From NCBI GenBank assembly GCA_946965045.2, contig OX337242.1, positions 682,001-746,000 of the forward strand: 64,000 nucleotides of DNA, given 5' to 3'. This document shows, one piece after another, positions 43,710 through 54,540 of this stretch (its first letter is position 1; the number at the start of each line of letters is the position of its first letter). The notes under the pieces are model-generated. The model was given only the letters and a program-made list of their open reading frames with translations. It had not been told where the DNA came from and made no database searches. Made by a program: the position numbers and the translations under genes. Source of the DNA: Epithemia pelagica. Taxonomy: Eukaryota; Protista; Bacillariophyta.

Positions 43710-45071
43710 ATGGTGTCCTTCCAGAGACTTTGTCAACGGATCCGTGCCTTGGGTTGCAAAACCGTGTTGGAACCGCCCGTCTTGTCGTCATCGTCCGAGG
43801 AACAAATAATGGTGGACGGTGGCCCATTGGAATTTGAGGCCTTGTTTGATACTCAACGAAAACCAATTCTCTTGGGTCAAGGTCAGTTTGGTACCGTGAC
43901 GGAAATTCATGCCCGTCCGGGAGTGTCCATCGTCCCGACGATGAACCAGCCATTGGAACCCAACCAGAAGGAAAACGCATCTCCGAATAACAACGTTGTC
44001 CATGAGTTGGACGACGAAGAAACGCATTCCACAATTGCAAACTCGGTCGAACAAGACCGATTCCTCCATGTGGAGACTCCCATGGTTGGACAACAACAAG
44101 AACAAAGTGGCAGTCACACGAACACCATGACACCTCGTCGCTTTGCTTGCAAACGGTTGGCCAAAGGAGTCGTGTTTCAAAACAATGTCTTGTATGCACC
44201 CCTTTCTCGGACGCAAATTCAAACCGAAATCACTTGTCTCCGGGTCTTGCAGGGACGCCACCAGTGTCTGGGCTTGCATCGCGTCTTTGAAACTCGGACC
44301 GAAATTCTCTTGGTGACGGACCTGTGTCCCCAAGGTCACTTGCTGCAGTTTCTAAAACGATATAGTAGTGGAAGTGGAGGTGGTAGTACCATCCATGCTC
44401 CTTCCAATCGTTGCTCGGAGACGTCGTTGATCCTTCCTGTTTCAATGCTTTTGGCCCTGGCCCATCAACTCTTGGATGCGATTCGTCATTGTGCCAAACA
44501 TGGGATTATTCATCGGGACATTAAACCACAAAATTGTCTCATATCCTCATCTTCTTCTCCGCAAGACCACCAACCACCACCCGTGGACTATCCAGTCATC
44601 TTGACCTTGGCCGATTTTGGGTCCAGTGCCTTGCATCCTCCAACCCACTCGTCCTCGACAACAACACAACAACCACAACCACAGCAAGTGGACCTGCCCT
44701 TTCATTCCACCTTTGTCGGATCCTCCTTGTACCGGTCCCCCGAAATGTCCCATCGACCACGATGCTACAATCAAAAGACGGATGTGTGGTCGGCCGGTGT
44801 CGTCTTGTCAGTGGCCGCCATGGGATATCCACATACCCACGACGTGCTGCGCGCCTCATCCTCCGGGAAGAATCATCCTCCTCCTGTCTCGCCGTTTCGG
44901 GACCAAGCACGGTTCTCGGGCTTGTTGTTGGGGGACGTGGTGAATGCCTGCCTCACTCGGGACATGGAACAGCGTCCCAATGCCCAGGAGATTCTCGACA
45001 CGTACCAGGTTTGGCCATGGCAAGACAAACAACAACAACAACAACAAGACGAAAGGACAACCGAGCCATGA
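43710..45071 (+). CDS. Ser/Thr protein kinase (CAMK-like, divergent)
   Basis: LGQGQFGTV, FACKRL, HRDIKPQN, DFG, YRSPE, DVWSAG. Start is uncertain (the track starts at TTG 43512, with further in-frame ATGs upstream of 43710). Confidence 0.9.
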   Translation: MVSFQRLCQRIRALGCKTVLEPPVLSSSSEEQIMVDGGPLEFEALFDTQRKPILLGQGQFGTVTEIHARPGVSIVPTMNQPLEPNQKENASPNNNVVHELDDEETHSTIANSVEQDRFLHVETPMVGQQQEQSGSHTNTMTPRRFACKRLAKGVVFQNNVLYAPLSRTQIQTEITCLRVLQGRHQCLGLHRVFETRTEILLVTDLCPQGHLLQFLKRYSSGSGGGSTIHAPSNRCSETSLILPVSMLLALAHQLLDAIRHCAKHGIIHRDIKPQNCLISSSSSPQDHQPPPVDYPVILTLADFGSSALHPPTHSSSTTTQQPQPQQVDLPFHSTFVGSSLYRSPEMSHRPRCYNQKTDVWSAGVVLSVAAMGYPHTHDVLRASSSGKNHPPPVSPFRDQARFSGLLLGDVVNACLTRDMEQRPNAQEILDTYQVWPWQDKQQQQQQDERTTEP

Positions 45072-45443
45072 TGAGTCACGCAATCGGGAGAGGGACACGA
45101 AAAGGTGCACGAGAAAAGAAAGCATGGGAGACTGTGGTGTGTCGTCGTCGTGTTGTCAAACAGCACCACCAGAGCATTACACTCTGTACCGGCATTGCCT
45201 GCCTTGTGGACGCGGATACTCGGTTCACTCGTGACAAGATTTTAGGCCCTTCCTACCCAGACATTGCTTTACCTGGAACGAGCGCCACGTTCCTAGTAGA
45301 CAATCTACAACAAAAGAGTCTAATAAAGCAAGACACGCTAAAAGAAAAACACTGGTTTTACAGTTAGGCAGGAAGAAAACCTGCATTCCTTTTGTGTCAC
45401 TGCGATAATAACAAGAGCGACCGTACACGCGAGAATAACCAAA

Positions 45444-48249
45444 TTACATTTGCACCATGTGTTCAAGACTGACTTTTCCTTTGCGCTCGGCATCGGCGGG
45501 TAGATTGAATCCTCGGTCAATGGTGAGACTTTTGGAGCGTTGGGTGGCGGTATTGCCCACTTGTCGCAAAAAGGCGGCCCGTTGGTATTTGGTCGACACG
45601 GTTTGCAATCGTCGGGCACCCTCCACGTCCAGGGGATTCAATTCCTTCATGGCATCACCACCCAATCCACTCTTGATGAGCATGGCACGAAGTAAGAAAT
45701 AATACTTGGCATATTCGGATGCAGGAACCTTGACCTTGTAGCCCAAGGCTTCCAAAACGGCCAATTCAAGCTCATTGATGCGTTGCAAGGAAAACTTGAC
45801 ACCCGTAGGACAGGTTTGTGAAAAGTCGCCATTCCACATGGACAAATCATCCCATACTTTACTAGCCAGGACCATGGAGGAGAAGAGTACCGATCTCCAA
45901 TTGTTGGCATGGGGTCGTAACTTTCCGTCTGTGGATTTGATGAGGCGTTCCACATAGATAAGCGACATGATGATGCAATCGGATTCCATTTGTGCCTTTT
46001 GAAAGACATCTCGATAAAAGGCAGATACTTGATCGAGGGTCGGCCGTTCGTTCCGAGGGAGGGAGAACTGTGAGCTGCTCCCTCTCCCTTGATGCGATTC
46101 TTGATCATTGAACAAGGCATAGTCGGGACGAGAACACGAGTCTTCCATTTCGGATTGAAGAATGTGAGCACGAAAGACACCGCAAACACACTGGGAAAGA
46201 AAAACAGAATTCATTTGAGTGATACTCTGTCCAAACGATACAGCCAAACAAACTACACGGAGAGCAACTTACTTTGATGGTGGCATCCACATCTGGTTGC
46301 GACAAGGTGGAACCCACATAGAGCGTACCACATGTGTTTCGTCGTGACATTTTGGCCGGTTTGGGTGGGAGTGCCGTTTCTCCGGATAACACACGATGAG
46401 AGCCAACGCCGCGAGCAATACTTCTCTTGACCGGTTCTTGGTCCATGTGTTGCAAAGGATCCTTTGGATTGCACGGAGGAGGAGTATCTTCTTCCTCTTG
46501 CACTTCAGGTTCCTCCAGAGTCAGACCCCCAAGACTCTGATCCATTTCTCCCACAAACGATTCGTCTCCCAAGAGAGCCATTTGACTCGACGCTTGCGCG
46601 TAATTGATCAATGCCTGCGACTCGAGTTCGGTCAATCCCATATCGTGCATGGACAAATCACCAAAGGATTCCATACTGGACACCGACTCTTCGGGCAAGG
46701 CCGCCAAAACGGTTCCCAAACTTGGCTGTCTCGCTTTCGAATTCCGCAACGCATTCGGCCGAGGAGGAAATACAGAGGAATCGCTTTCCATCATGGACAG
46801 TACCTCCATATCCTCCATACTATCGTCGCTTTCGAGTCGCTGTGCTGCTGTATGATTGGGACTTTTTGTGGTTGTGACATCGGTCGGAGAGTCATCTCCA
46901 GCGGATCCCACATTTCGATGAGATGGAACCCGAAGCACCAAATCTTTGAGTATTCGTTCATCCATGGAACTAATGGTTCTCACCAGGTCCGGACGTTTGA
47001 CGGATTTGCCACCTTTCTCCTTGGTGTTCTTGTTCTTGTCGTCGTCCTCATTTGTCGTGTCCTGATCGGCCAGGTTGAGTTCATTTTTCAACATGCCGCA
47101 ACTATTCTTTGGCGAAGAGGACGATGACGATGCAAAGGTTCCTGCTTGCAAATTGCGCAAGATGTTGGCTTCCATGGCCGAAAAAAAGTCTCGTTGTTTT
47201 CGTTCCTTTTCTTGCATGGCCTCTCGTTCTGCATCCGAAGCCAATTCAATTGGCTTTCTCCATTGTGTTTCTCGTGTTTCGACATGATAAAAGTAGGTCT
47301 TGCCCGATTTGGGGTCCACGGCTGTTTTCCATTTGCAGTCTGCACCAGTCATCCTTCCACCCTGTTGCTTGTACTTTCCATCCAATGACTTGAGAGTTTG
47401 TTGTTGTAGATTGAATCGAGTAGTATCGCAAGAGGCAGGAGAAGACGATGACACGAAGATTGGCTGTTGTTGCTCGGGCGGGGAATCAAACAGAGATGCA
47501 ACCACCACTCTTGTTCCGGCTTTGACGCGATTACCGTTTCTCAAAGGTTGCGTACTTTTTGAGGCTTGGGGGACCTTTGTGTTTCTGGCAGCACGGAATG
47601 TGGTTGGGGAAGAACCCAAAAGACTCTGTCCCGTCGCGTTTCTTCTTCCAACTTCCGGGTGGCGCGTACGACTCCGACCGCGGGACTCATCAGTCGCACG
47701 TCGACCCTTGGTGCGCCACCAAAAGGGGGCACAGGAGGTGGATTTGTGGGTGGAATGGACGATGGTGGTCGTTGTCACGGAGTGATCTTCCGTGGCTTCC
47801 ATCAAACTCGCATTGTGCAGACAAGGAGCCGTCCACCAGTGCGAGGTTCGGCGAAAAATGCTTTGCGATGGCACAGAGTTCGTCTTAGTAGTTGTAGTAG
47901 CAGACGAAGGTAGAACTGAGTTGGATGCCTTCGATCCAAAGGTACTGCTGTCTCCCATTCGAAGCCAGGCATCCGCTACTGCCTCATTCGCCACAATGGG
48001 TCCAACCTGGCGTGTTTCAGGCTTTGGACTAAACAAGTCGTCCGATAGAATGGTCCGCTTGGAGCTTTCCACCACGACCTTGTCCGGGGACGATAGGTTA
48101 AAACTGGTTTGGATTTCAAAAGATGGGAAGACTTCCTCCTCCTCCATGTCTCCACTCGAGGCATACGTCTCGGGTGTTGCCAGAATGCGGTAGGCTTCAT
48201 GTCGCCGAATGCGTGGTTCGGATTGTTTTCGAAGGGGAAAGTATGGCAT
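45444..48249 (-). CDS. CCNY: Cyclin Y-like protein with a WW domain and a long disordered N-terminus
   Basis: WW domain: WKTAVDPKSGKTYFYHVETRETQWRKP. Cyclin box: AQMESDCIIMSLIYVERL...LASKVWDDLSMWN...INELE...YAKYYFLLR. Intron 46272-46191 (82 bp). First in-frame ATG at 48249; the start is uncertain. Confidence 0.88.
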
Positions 48250-49243
48250 GGCTGCTCGGTTTTCTTTTTCGTCGTCACGAGAAATGGACAAGAGAATGGG
48301 ATGGGTAGGTCCTTGGAAAATGGTTTCCACACTTTCCTCGTTGTATCCTTGAGAATGAGGAGCAGTCACCACCACCAAGTTGTGCTCCTCCACGACGGGT
48401 CGATGGATTAAAGAAGAAGAAGAAGAAATGATGATGATGATGATAGTATGGAGTTACCACAAACAAGCCACTGTCGAAGGAGAGAATAACAACTCAATGG
48501 CAAGGACTCTCTGGTGTATCCAAAATACTACGTTCATTGCCAAGAAGCGTAGAACATCGTATACTGGAGTTGCAGTGCTCTCGACAAAAAACGAAATGTG
48601 ATTCCAATCCAGGTCCATTGCATACACCAGATCCATGTGAGGTACAAAAAGTCCCACAGGAAAGCGAGCCGATTCGATCGTAAATCTCGCTGTCACAAAC
48701 TCATACCGAGACGGCACCTCAAACATGAATGAGACCATGGCTAAATCTGAAACTTGAAAACGGTTGAAACTGTCTTTGTGAAGGACATGCGTTGAATACT
48801 TATTGCATGATGTATGTTGGTCTTGCTTTGACAAGACTACTTGCGGCTTCTCCAATCCCATTCGCCGAGGAGGGCTTTTGTGAAAGTGAGAAGGCACATG
48901 GGACTTGACTGGGACGAGGATACATTAAAATCTCACATTCAATCTATACTCTTTGGCACAAAGTAGTGTCACAGTCCCACAAGCGGAAAGGAAACGCACG
49001 AGCCCGTCGGCAACTCCGAAGCACCAAGCACACAACATACACACACATGTGCCCAACATCGACGAGCGGATAGCTCTGGTAGCTAGCTCTCTAGCTACGA
49101 GAGCAAAAGATACCGTCAGCAAGCTGGATGATATCAAAGCTCTGAGCCCGGGGAGGTCGGAGTTGAAGGACAGCAACTAGCTTTCTCACCGAAGGAAGTG
49201 CAAGGGGAAAGGAGAACAGAATACAAGGGCGTCAGATTGTCCA

Positions 49244-50521
49244 ATGCACTTTGCAGAAGTTCCCCGAGGGATTCAAGCCACGAGTTTGACGGATGGAGTT
49301 CGGCTTGTGCCCCACGTGCTCAAGCCTGAGTGTGAACATGCCGTGCAAGCCCTGACTGTATCCAATCGTCCCCTGATTCTCCCTTGGGTTGGTTTTGGAA
49401 CGTACAAATTGGCCAAGAAAGCGAAGGAAGCAACGTATGACGCCATCCAGGCAGGATACCGTCACATTGATACCGCCTTTTGTTACAGCAATGAAAAGAC
49501 TGAAGGTATGGTAGGTGAGGCGATCCAACAGGCCCTGATGGATGGAACTTTGGAATCTCGAGATCAAGTGTTTGTTACGACCAAGCATTGGCGCAGTTAT
49601 CATGGCTACGATCGAGCTCTGGAATGTCTGGAACTCTCTCTGGACCGACTCAAACTCGACCATGTTGATTTGTGGCTCATGCACTGGCCTGGACCCGCCT
49701 GGAAGGGAAAGCGTAGACAAGAATCAGATTCAGGAACAGTGGTTTCGGACGATGTCTGGTGCATGGCATCAGACGCTTCGAGTTCGGAGGATATGGTCCA
49801 TCTTCGTTCTGAGACATGGCGTGCCATGGAAGATGCCTATTTCCAAGGCAAAACTCGGGCGATTGGAGTATCTAATTTTGCCATTCATCATTTACAAACC
49901 TTGCAAAATACGTGCCGCATTGTACCCATGGTCAACCAAGTGGAAATTCACCCACTCCATCCTCAACAAGAGCTGCGTCAGTATTGTGCCAGTCAGGGAA
50001 TTGTCGTCGAAGCCTATGCGTCCTTGGGAGGTCAAGATACGAGTCCTGAAGCATGGGACGGTCTACTCGGAACTCCTAGTGGATCCAATACTGGATCCAA
50101 AACCAACATTGCCTCCAAAGGAAAAGAAAACAAGAAGAACCACATCAAGTCATCAACTGTTTCAAACTTGCTCCACGCTCCACCGGTGATAGAGTTGGCA
50201 GCCCTGCTGGACAAAACACCTGCACAAGTCTTGCTGAAATGGGCCTTGCAGCAAGATTGTATTGTGATTCCCAAAACCTCCAATCCACAACGAATGGCCG
50301 AAAACGCGCAATTGTTTGATTTTCAGTTAACCGTAAAGCAAGTGGAGGCATTGTCACAGAGCTTGCTGGAGACAGTGCGACAGAATAATCCATTCATTGT
50401 CCCAAGTAAGGAACACGACAACCCTCAAGAACCAGATGAGGACGAACAGAACGCGATGCTGCAACAATTGACGCGTCTGTGTTGGCGAAGGGATCGGTTC
50501 CGCTATCTCGATTTTGACTAG
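49244..50521 (+). CDS. Aldo-keto reductase
   Basis: GFGTY, YRHIDTAFCY, FVTTK, LMHWP (D-Y-K-H tetrad), AIGVSNF, NQVEIHP, VIPKT. Confidence 0.95.
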   Translation: MHFAEVPRGIQATSLTDGVRLVPHVLKPECEHAVQALTVSNRPLILPWVGFGTYKLAKKAKEATYDAIQAGYRHIDTAFCYSNEKTEGMVGEAIQQALMDGTLESRDQVFVTTKHWRSYHGYDRALECLELSLDRLKLDHVDLWLMHWPGPAWKGKRRQESDSGTVVSDDVWCMASDASSSEDMVHLRSETWRAMEDAYFQGKTRAIGVSNFAIHHLQTLQNTCRIVPMVNQVEIHPLHPQQELRQYCASQGIVVEAYASLGGQDTSPEAWDGLLGTPSGSNTGSKTNIASKGKENKKNHIKSSTVSNLLHAPPVIELAALLDKTPAQVLLKWALQQDCIVIPKTSNPQRMAENAQLFDFQLTVKQVEALSQSLLETVRQNNPFIVPSKEHDNPQEPDEDEQNAMLQQLTRLCWRRDRFRYLDFD

Positions 50522-52074
50522 GTAGCAACCCAAATTTGTGGACCTTGGACGTGGAACATGTTTCTCTCATTTGCAATCATTCGCATTCGTCCATTGGACC
50601 AGTTGCAATCGCGCCCAGTCATCGAATGGACAATCACCCTGGTTGCAAACCCATGAAGTCATTGTCAGACTTGGAGTCACGAATCTACGGATACGCCCAA
50701 ATAAATGGGGGTACGATGTCGGGCCATCTGTTGTGCCGAGAAGGATGGAATACAGGCACTGCACGTGAGTTGGATGCGGTGCCATTGCCAATCTCATGTT
50801 TCTGTCCACCAACGACGCGGCTTAATACGACTGCTCCGAATCGCACCATGGTTCGGCCAATCCACGATATTCCATCAGCGAACTCGGGCAGATCGGAAAG
50901 GTATGGTCGTATGAATTTTGCTAAAAGGGCAGGAGCACTGGCACTCGGTCAGGAACGAGATTGAAAGGGCAACTAAAATCTTAGTCTATCTTGAAGCTCA
51001 TCTTGCCTCTCTTCCCTTTGTTTTGTCGTCACATGCAGAGCTGCAATCTCTTCGTCCTCGTTCCTGTACGCTACAGGCGTATCTTGACGAAACAATAGTT
51101 TGACAATCGGTTGTTTGCCGTCTGTTCTGTGTCGAGTAGACGTGTATAGCACACCACCAACGGGTCGACTTTGAGTATTTGACTTGGCCATGATTTTGTC
51201 GATAGGATGAGACTGAATTGGACAATTTGTTGCGGATGAGATTTTATGGGACAAGAGTGATATGACAAAAGAGAGTTCGCGGAAGTTCGTCGGAAGGAGA
51301 AGGAGCTGGGGGATGAGGTGGCAGTCGCATGACCTGTGTCATGGGGGAAGTCAGTCGTACATGGTACGCGCGGTTTTGGGAAGCAGAAAGGGAGAGGGGG
51401 CATCCCCTCCTTCCCCCAGATTATTTTCACTTGGAATGGGGGTGACGTAGTACTCCATGGATTTGGTCATGGTCCCGCCTCAACGCCACCAAGCTTGTAC
51501 ATATACTTGTACATTTCGTACAGTATACTAACTAGCGTCTTCATGACGATCTACTCCAAACTGTACTCTATTTAAGTGTACGAGTGTCTTTGCGGTCTTG
51601 GTCAATAGGGCGGACGTCCATGCCAACGCGCACTGCCCCACCAATTCTTAGCGGCTCCAGAAAGAAAAATATAGCTGTTATCCGTTTCAATGACCGTTTC
51701 TCCCGCTGCCAGTCCTTCTTGCATGCGGAAATAAACAGCATGCAAAGAACCATCCGGTATCGGCAACTCCTCTTTCCATCAGCGATGCCGCCGTAGTAAC
51801 ACAGTCGACACCAACAACAGACAACACACGCTTGTCGTCTCCTCGTCTTGGTTTCAACTGCTGCATCCGGTATTGTGACTGCTGATAAGAAAAGACATTG
51901 CGCGATACCGCGATAGTAAAAAACAGGAGACGGATAACACGCAAGGGTCAACGCTTCCATCTAACGCCATCCTTTCATCTTCCAACTCCTCTCTCTCGCT
52001 CTCTCCATCGTCAACATCATAGCAGCAGTCCTACGTCCAACCCCTCTTGTCGAGTCTAAACAAGGATCCATAGC

Positions 52075-53202
52075 ATGACCACCCAGGGAGTGATTTCGGA
52101 GGTTGACACTCGCAGTGCCAAATTCAAGACGGCTGTCAGCGCCATAACAGAATCAGCCGATGACGACCTTGCTGAGGCAATGGAGGATCTCCATGCTGTG
52201 GATGAAACGGAGGAAGATTCTCATATTGGACAGCATCCAGACTTGATGAAAATGTGCGCCATGGACTGTGCGACCAAGAAACGAATTATTCCCAATGGGG
52301 ACCCGGTACCAATTGACAATGAATGCTTTTATGGACACGTCATGTTAATGATCCGTACTCCGGATGCGGATCGAAAGAAGGAAGACCCAAACAATAAGCT
52401 GGGAGATGATCCCTCTCGCATTTCCAAGTATTTCAAAGACAAGAAGAGACGTTTCGAATTTCAGTTTCAGATTAAATTGAAGCGGATTCCAGAGGGTCCT
52501 ACATTTTTGGGTTGTGAATTGGAACACCCGATCAAAGTTGGAACTATCACGAAAGGACTCGTCAATATTTTGCTGGCAATGGTTCGGCGCATCAATCCTG
52601 GTTTCCACTACTCTTGGGGACCTGACGAGAAACTTTCCATGACCGACTATGAGTCTGGAAATTACGAAAAGACTCATCTTTCGTTTCCGTTGGAAGCTTC
52701 CATGGATCGAATTGTGATATCGAAACCAGGCGAAACCCCTCCGAAACTGGGTTATGAGTTGCTTGAGAGCAACGAATCGGTGAAGCGACGAAGAAAGACA
52801 GGTTTTGGCGCCGTCCAATGGAATCTGGAAGACACTTACACCATGTGCTTATGGTCCCAGTACGCTGATTGGATCAAGTGGAAATCCATGAATGTTCCTG
52901 GTGTATCTCCCTTTCTCATGTCCCGTGTCACAGGCAAGCAGCCCATTTATTTGTGCGTCTACGAAATTAGCAATTGCACACCGAACGAGTATCGGAAAAA
53001 CCGTCCAGGACACTTGCGCAAGAATCTCATGATCTTTAATCGAATGGAATTCTCCAATGTCGAACACACGGCCGGTGGATTGGCCGATTCCCTCATCCCT
53101 GGACGAAACAAGCGAAGCACACTGACGGCCTCGGAACATTCCTTTGGGGATACGGAAACGTCGTCGGATTTGGAAACTCGATCCCGAGTTACCGTTACCT
53201 AA
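52075..53202 (+). CDS. DUF1769-like protein
   Basis: 375-aa ORF with PVPIDNECFYGHVMLMIR, YFKDKKRRFEFQFQ, FLGCELEHP and PGETPPKLG, which resemble DUF1769. Call is by eye. Confidence 0.7.
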   Translation: MTTQGVISEVDTRSAKFKTAVSAITESADDDLAEAMEDLHAVDETEEDSHIGQHPDLMKMCAMDCATKKRIIPNGDPVPIDNECFYGHVMLMIRTPDADRKKEDPNNKLGDDPSRISKYFKDKKRRFEFQFQIKLKRIPEGPTFLGCELEHPIKVGTITKGLVNILLAMVRRINPGFHYSWGPDEKLSMTDYESGNYEKTHLSFPLEASMDRIVISKPGETPPKLGYELLESNESVKRRRKTGFGAVQWNLEDTYTMCLWSQYADWIKWKSMNVPGVSPFLMSRVTGKQPIYLCVYEISNCTPNEYRKNRPGHLRKNLMIFNRMEFSNVEHTAGGLADSLIPGRNKRSTLTASEHSFGDTETSSDLETRSRVTVT

Positions 53203-54540
53203 ATTAGGAAGGGTAGCGTCATTCCCATGTTGTCGAAAACTTATAAAATGAAAACGAGAGAGAGAAAGCTCATTGGTGCACTGGATACAACAAACCATTG
53301 GAAAATCTCTGTCCAGGGATGAATCTCGATTCTCTCATGTTACAAATTAATGAAATTCACATGTCTTGTCCAAGACGACTATTGTAAGCCACTGCCTCTC
53401 CATCTCCTGAATCGTACGTTTTGAAAATGGCTCAAACAGATTTTTTGGGTGTAGGAGAGAGAAAGGCCGGTCCCATCCTCCAACCTTAAAGAATAACTTC
53501 ATAAAAAAGAATCCAACTCGATTGAAATTCTCTCCAGACAGGACGTGCCGAGATGGATCCTATGCCACTACGACTACGGATACCTGTGTTCTAGTAGAGA
53601 GGTCGGGGGATCTGCCTCTTTCTATTCTACATGCATTTCGTTGTCCTTGTGTGAGGAGCTTTATCCAATATCCTCTAGAGCGGATGATTTCAATGCATGT
53701 TCGAAGCTCGAATCTTCTCATCCATGGTTGGACATCGGACTATCGACAATACATACTCCTAATAGGAGTAGGAGTAGCAACCAATACGCATGTGTCTGGC
53801 AACAACCGACACCAACGAATTGTCTGGACCGACGTCACCTTGACTGACATCAAGACGGACTGCAGAACACAGTGCAACAATAGTGTACAATACATCATTG
53901 GGCGGGACGGCTCGCTTTTATGTATGTAGTGTACACACACCAACTTTCTGGACGTGCGTCATCTTTACCAGAAAATTTCCAACCCCAGCAAGCTGTCAAC
54001 GTTCATTTAACGTTGAGATCATTTCTTTCTATTGCCCCCACCACTTCGAGCTTCGCAAGACTTCTTCCAGATAAGGTGCGCAAGAGCCGGATGCCAGATT
54101 CCGTCGGTCAGCCAATTAAAACTTAAAAGTAGATCCTGTTCCATTTTCAAAGTATAGAGTTAACTGTACAAGTGTACTCTATACTCGTAGCAAACTTTGG
54201 AATGGACAAAAATGGCCCCGCGCTTTTCCGATGGACACTTTCCAGCGTTTGGGACAAAGAAAGTTTCTAAGAGTTTTGCCATTTCTACCATCAGATTCTT
54301 CTAAAGGGAGTACGGACCAGAGCGACTTTCACTTTTTCTCGCCGCCGGCGACTGCATGAACTGTGTTTTCTGTGTAGATTGTTGATAGATCTCTATTGAA
54401 AGCTCGACTTTGTTCTTCCGACGACGGAAATCGAATCTGTATTCTCGAAAACTGGTACAGGAAAGAGCAGCACACAACCAAACAAACTTGAGAGAGAGAA
54501 AAGGCCGTCAACGACTATTCGCAGGGTTCCATCTGCAAGC

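Noticed and set aside
35769-45071. Abundant poly-Thr/Asn/Gln/Ser tracts and AAC/ACG trinucleotide runs
   Set aside because: Present in many unrelated genes here, so it looks like a genome-wide compositional trait rather than a local signal.
44534-45367. 277-aa - strand ORF
   Set aside because: Mostly antisense to the kinase, with no motif support.
48454-48897. 147-aa ORF in the same frame as the cyclin Y ORF, separated by one TAA
   Set aside because: GTG start, no convincing acceptor to splice around the stop, and microsatellite-like sequence in between. Stop read-through is unsupported.
50536-51960. ORFs 50536..50964 (+), 51568..51960 (-) and 51687..51944 (-)
   Set aside because: Overlapping alternative frames with no recognisable domain; I cannot choose or support one without expression data.
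53300-54500. ORFs 53522..53929 and neighbours
   Set aside because: No motifs or splice support; treated as intergenic.
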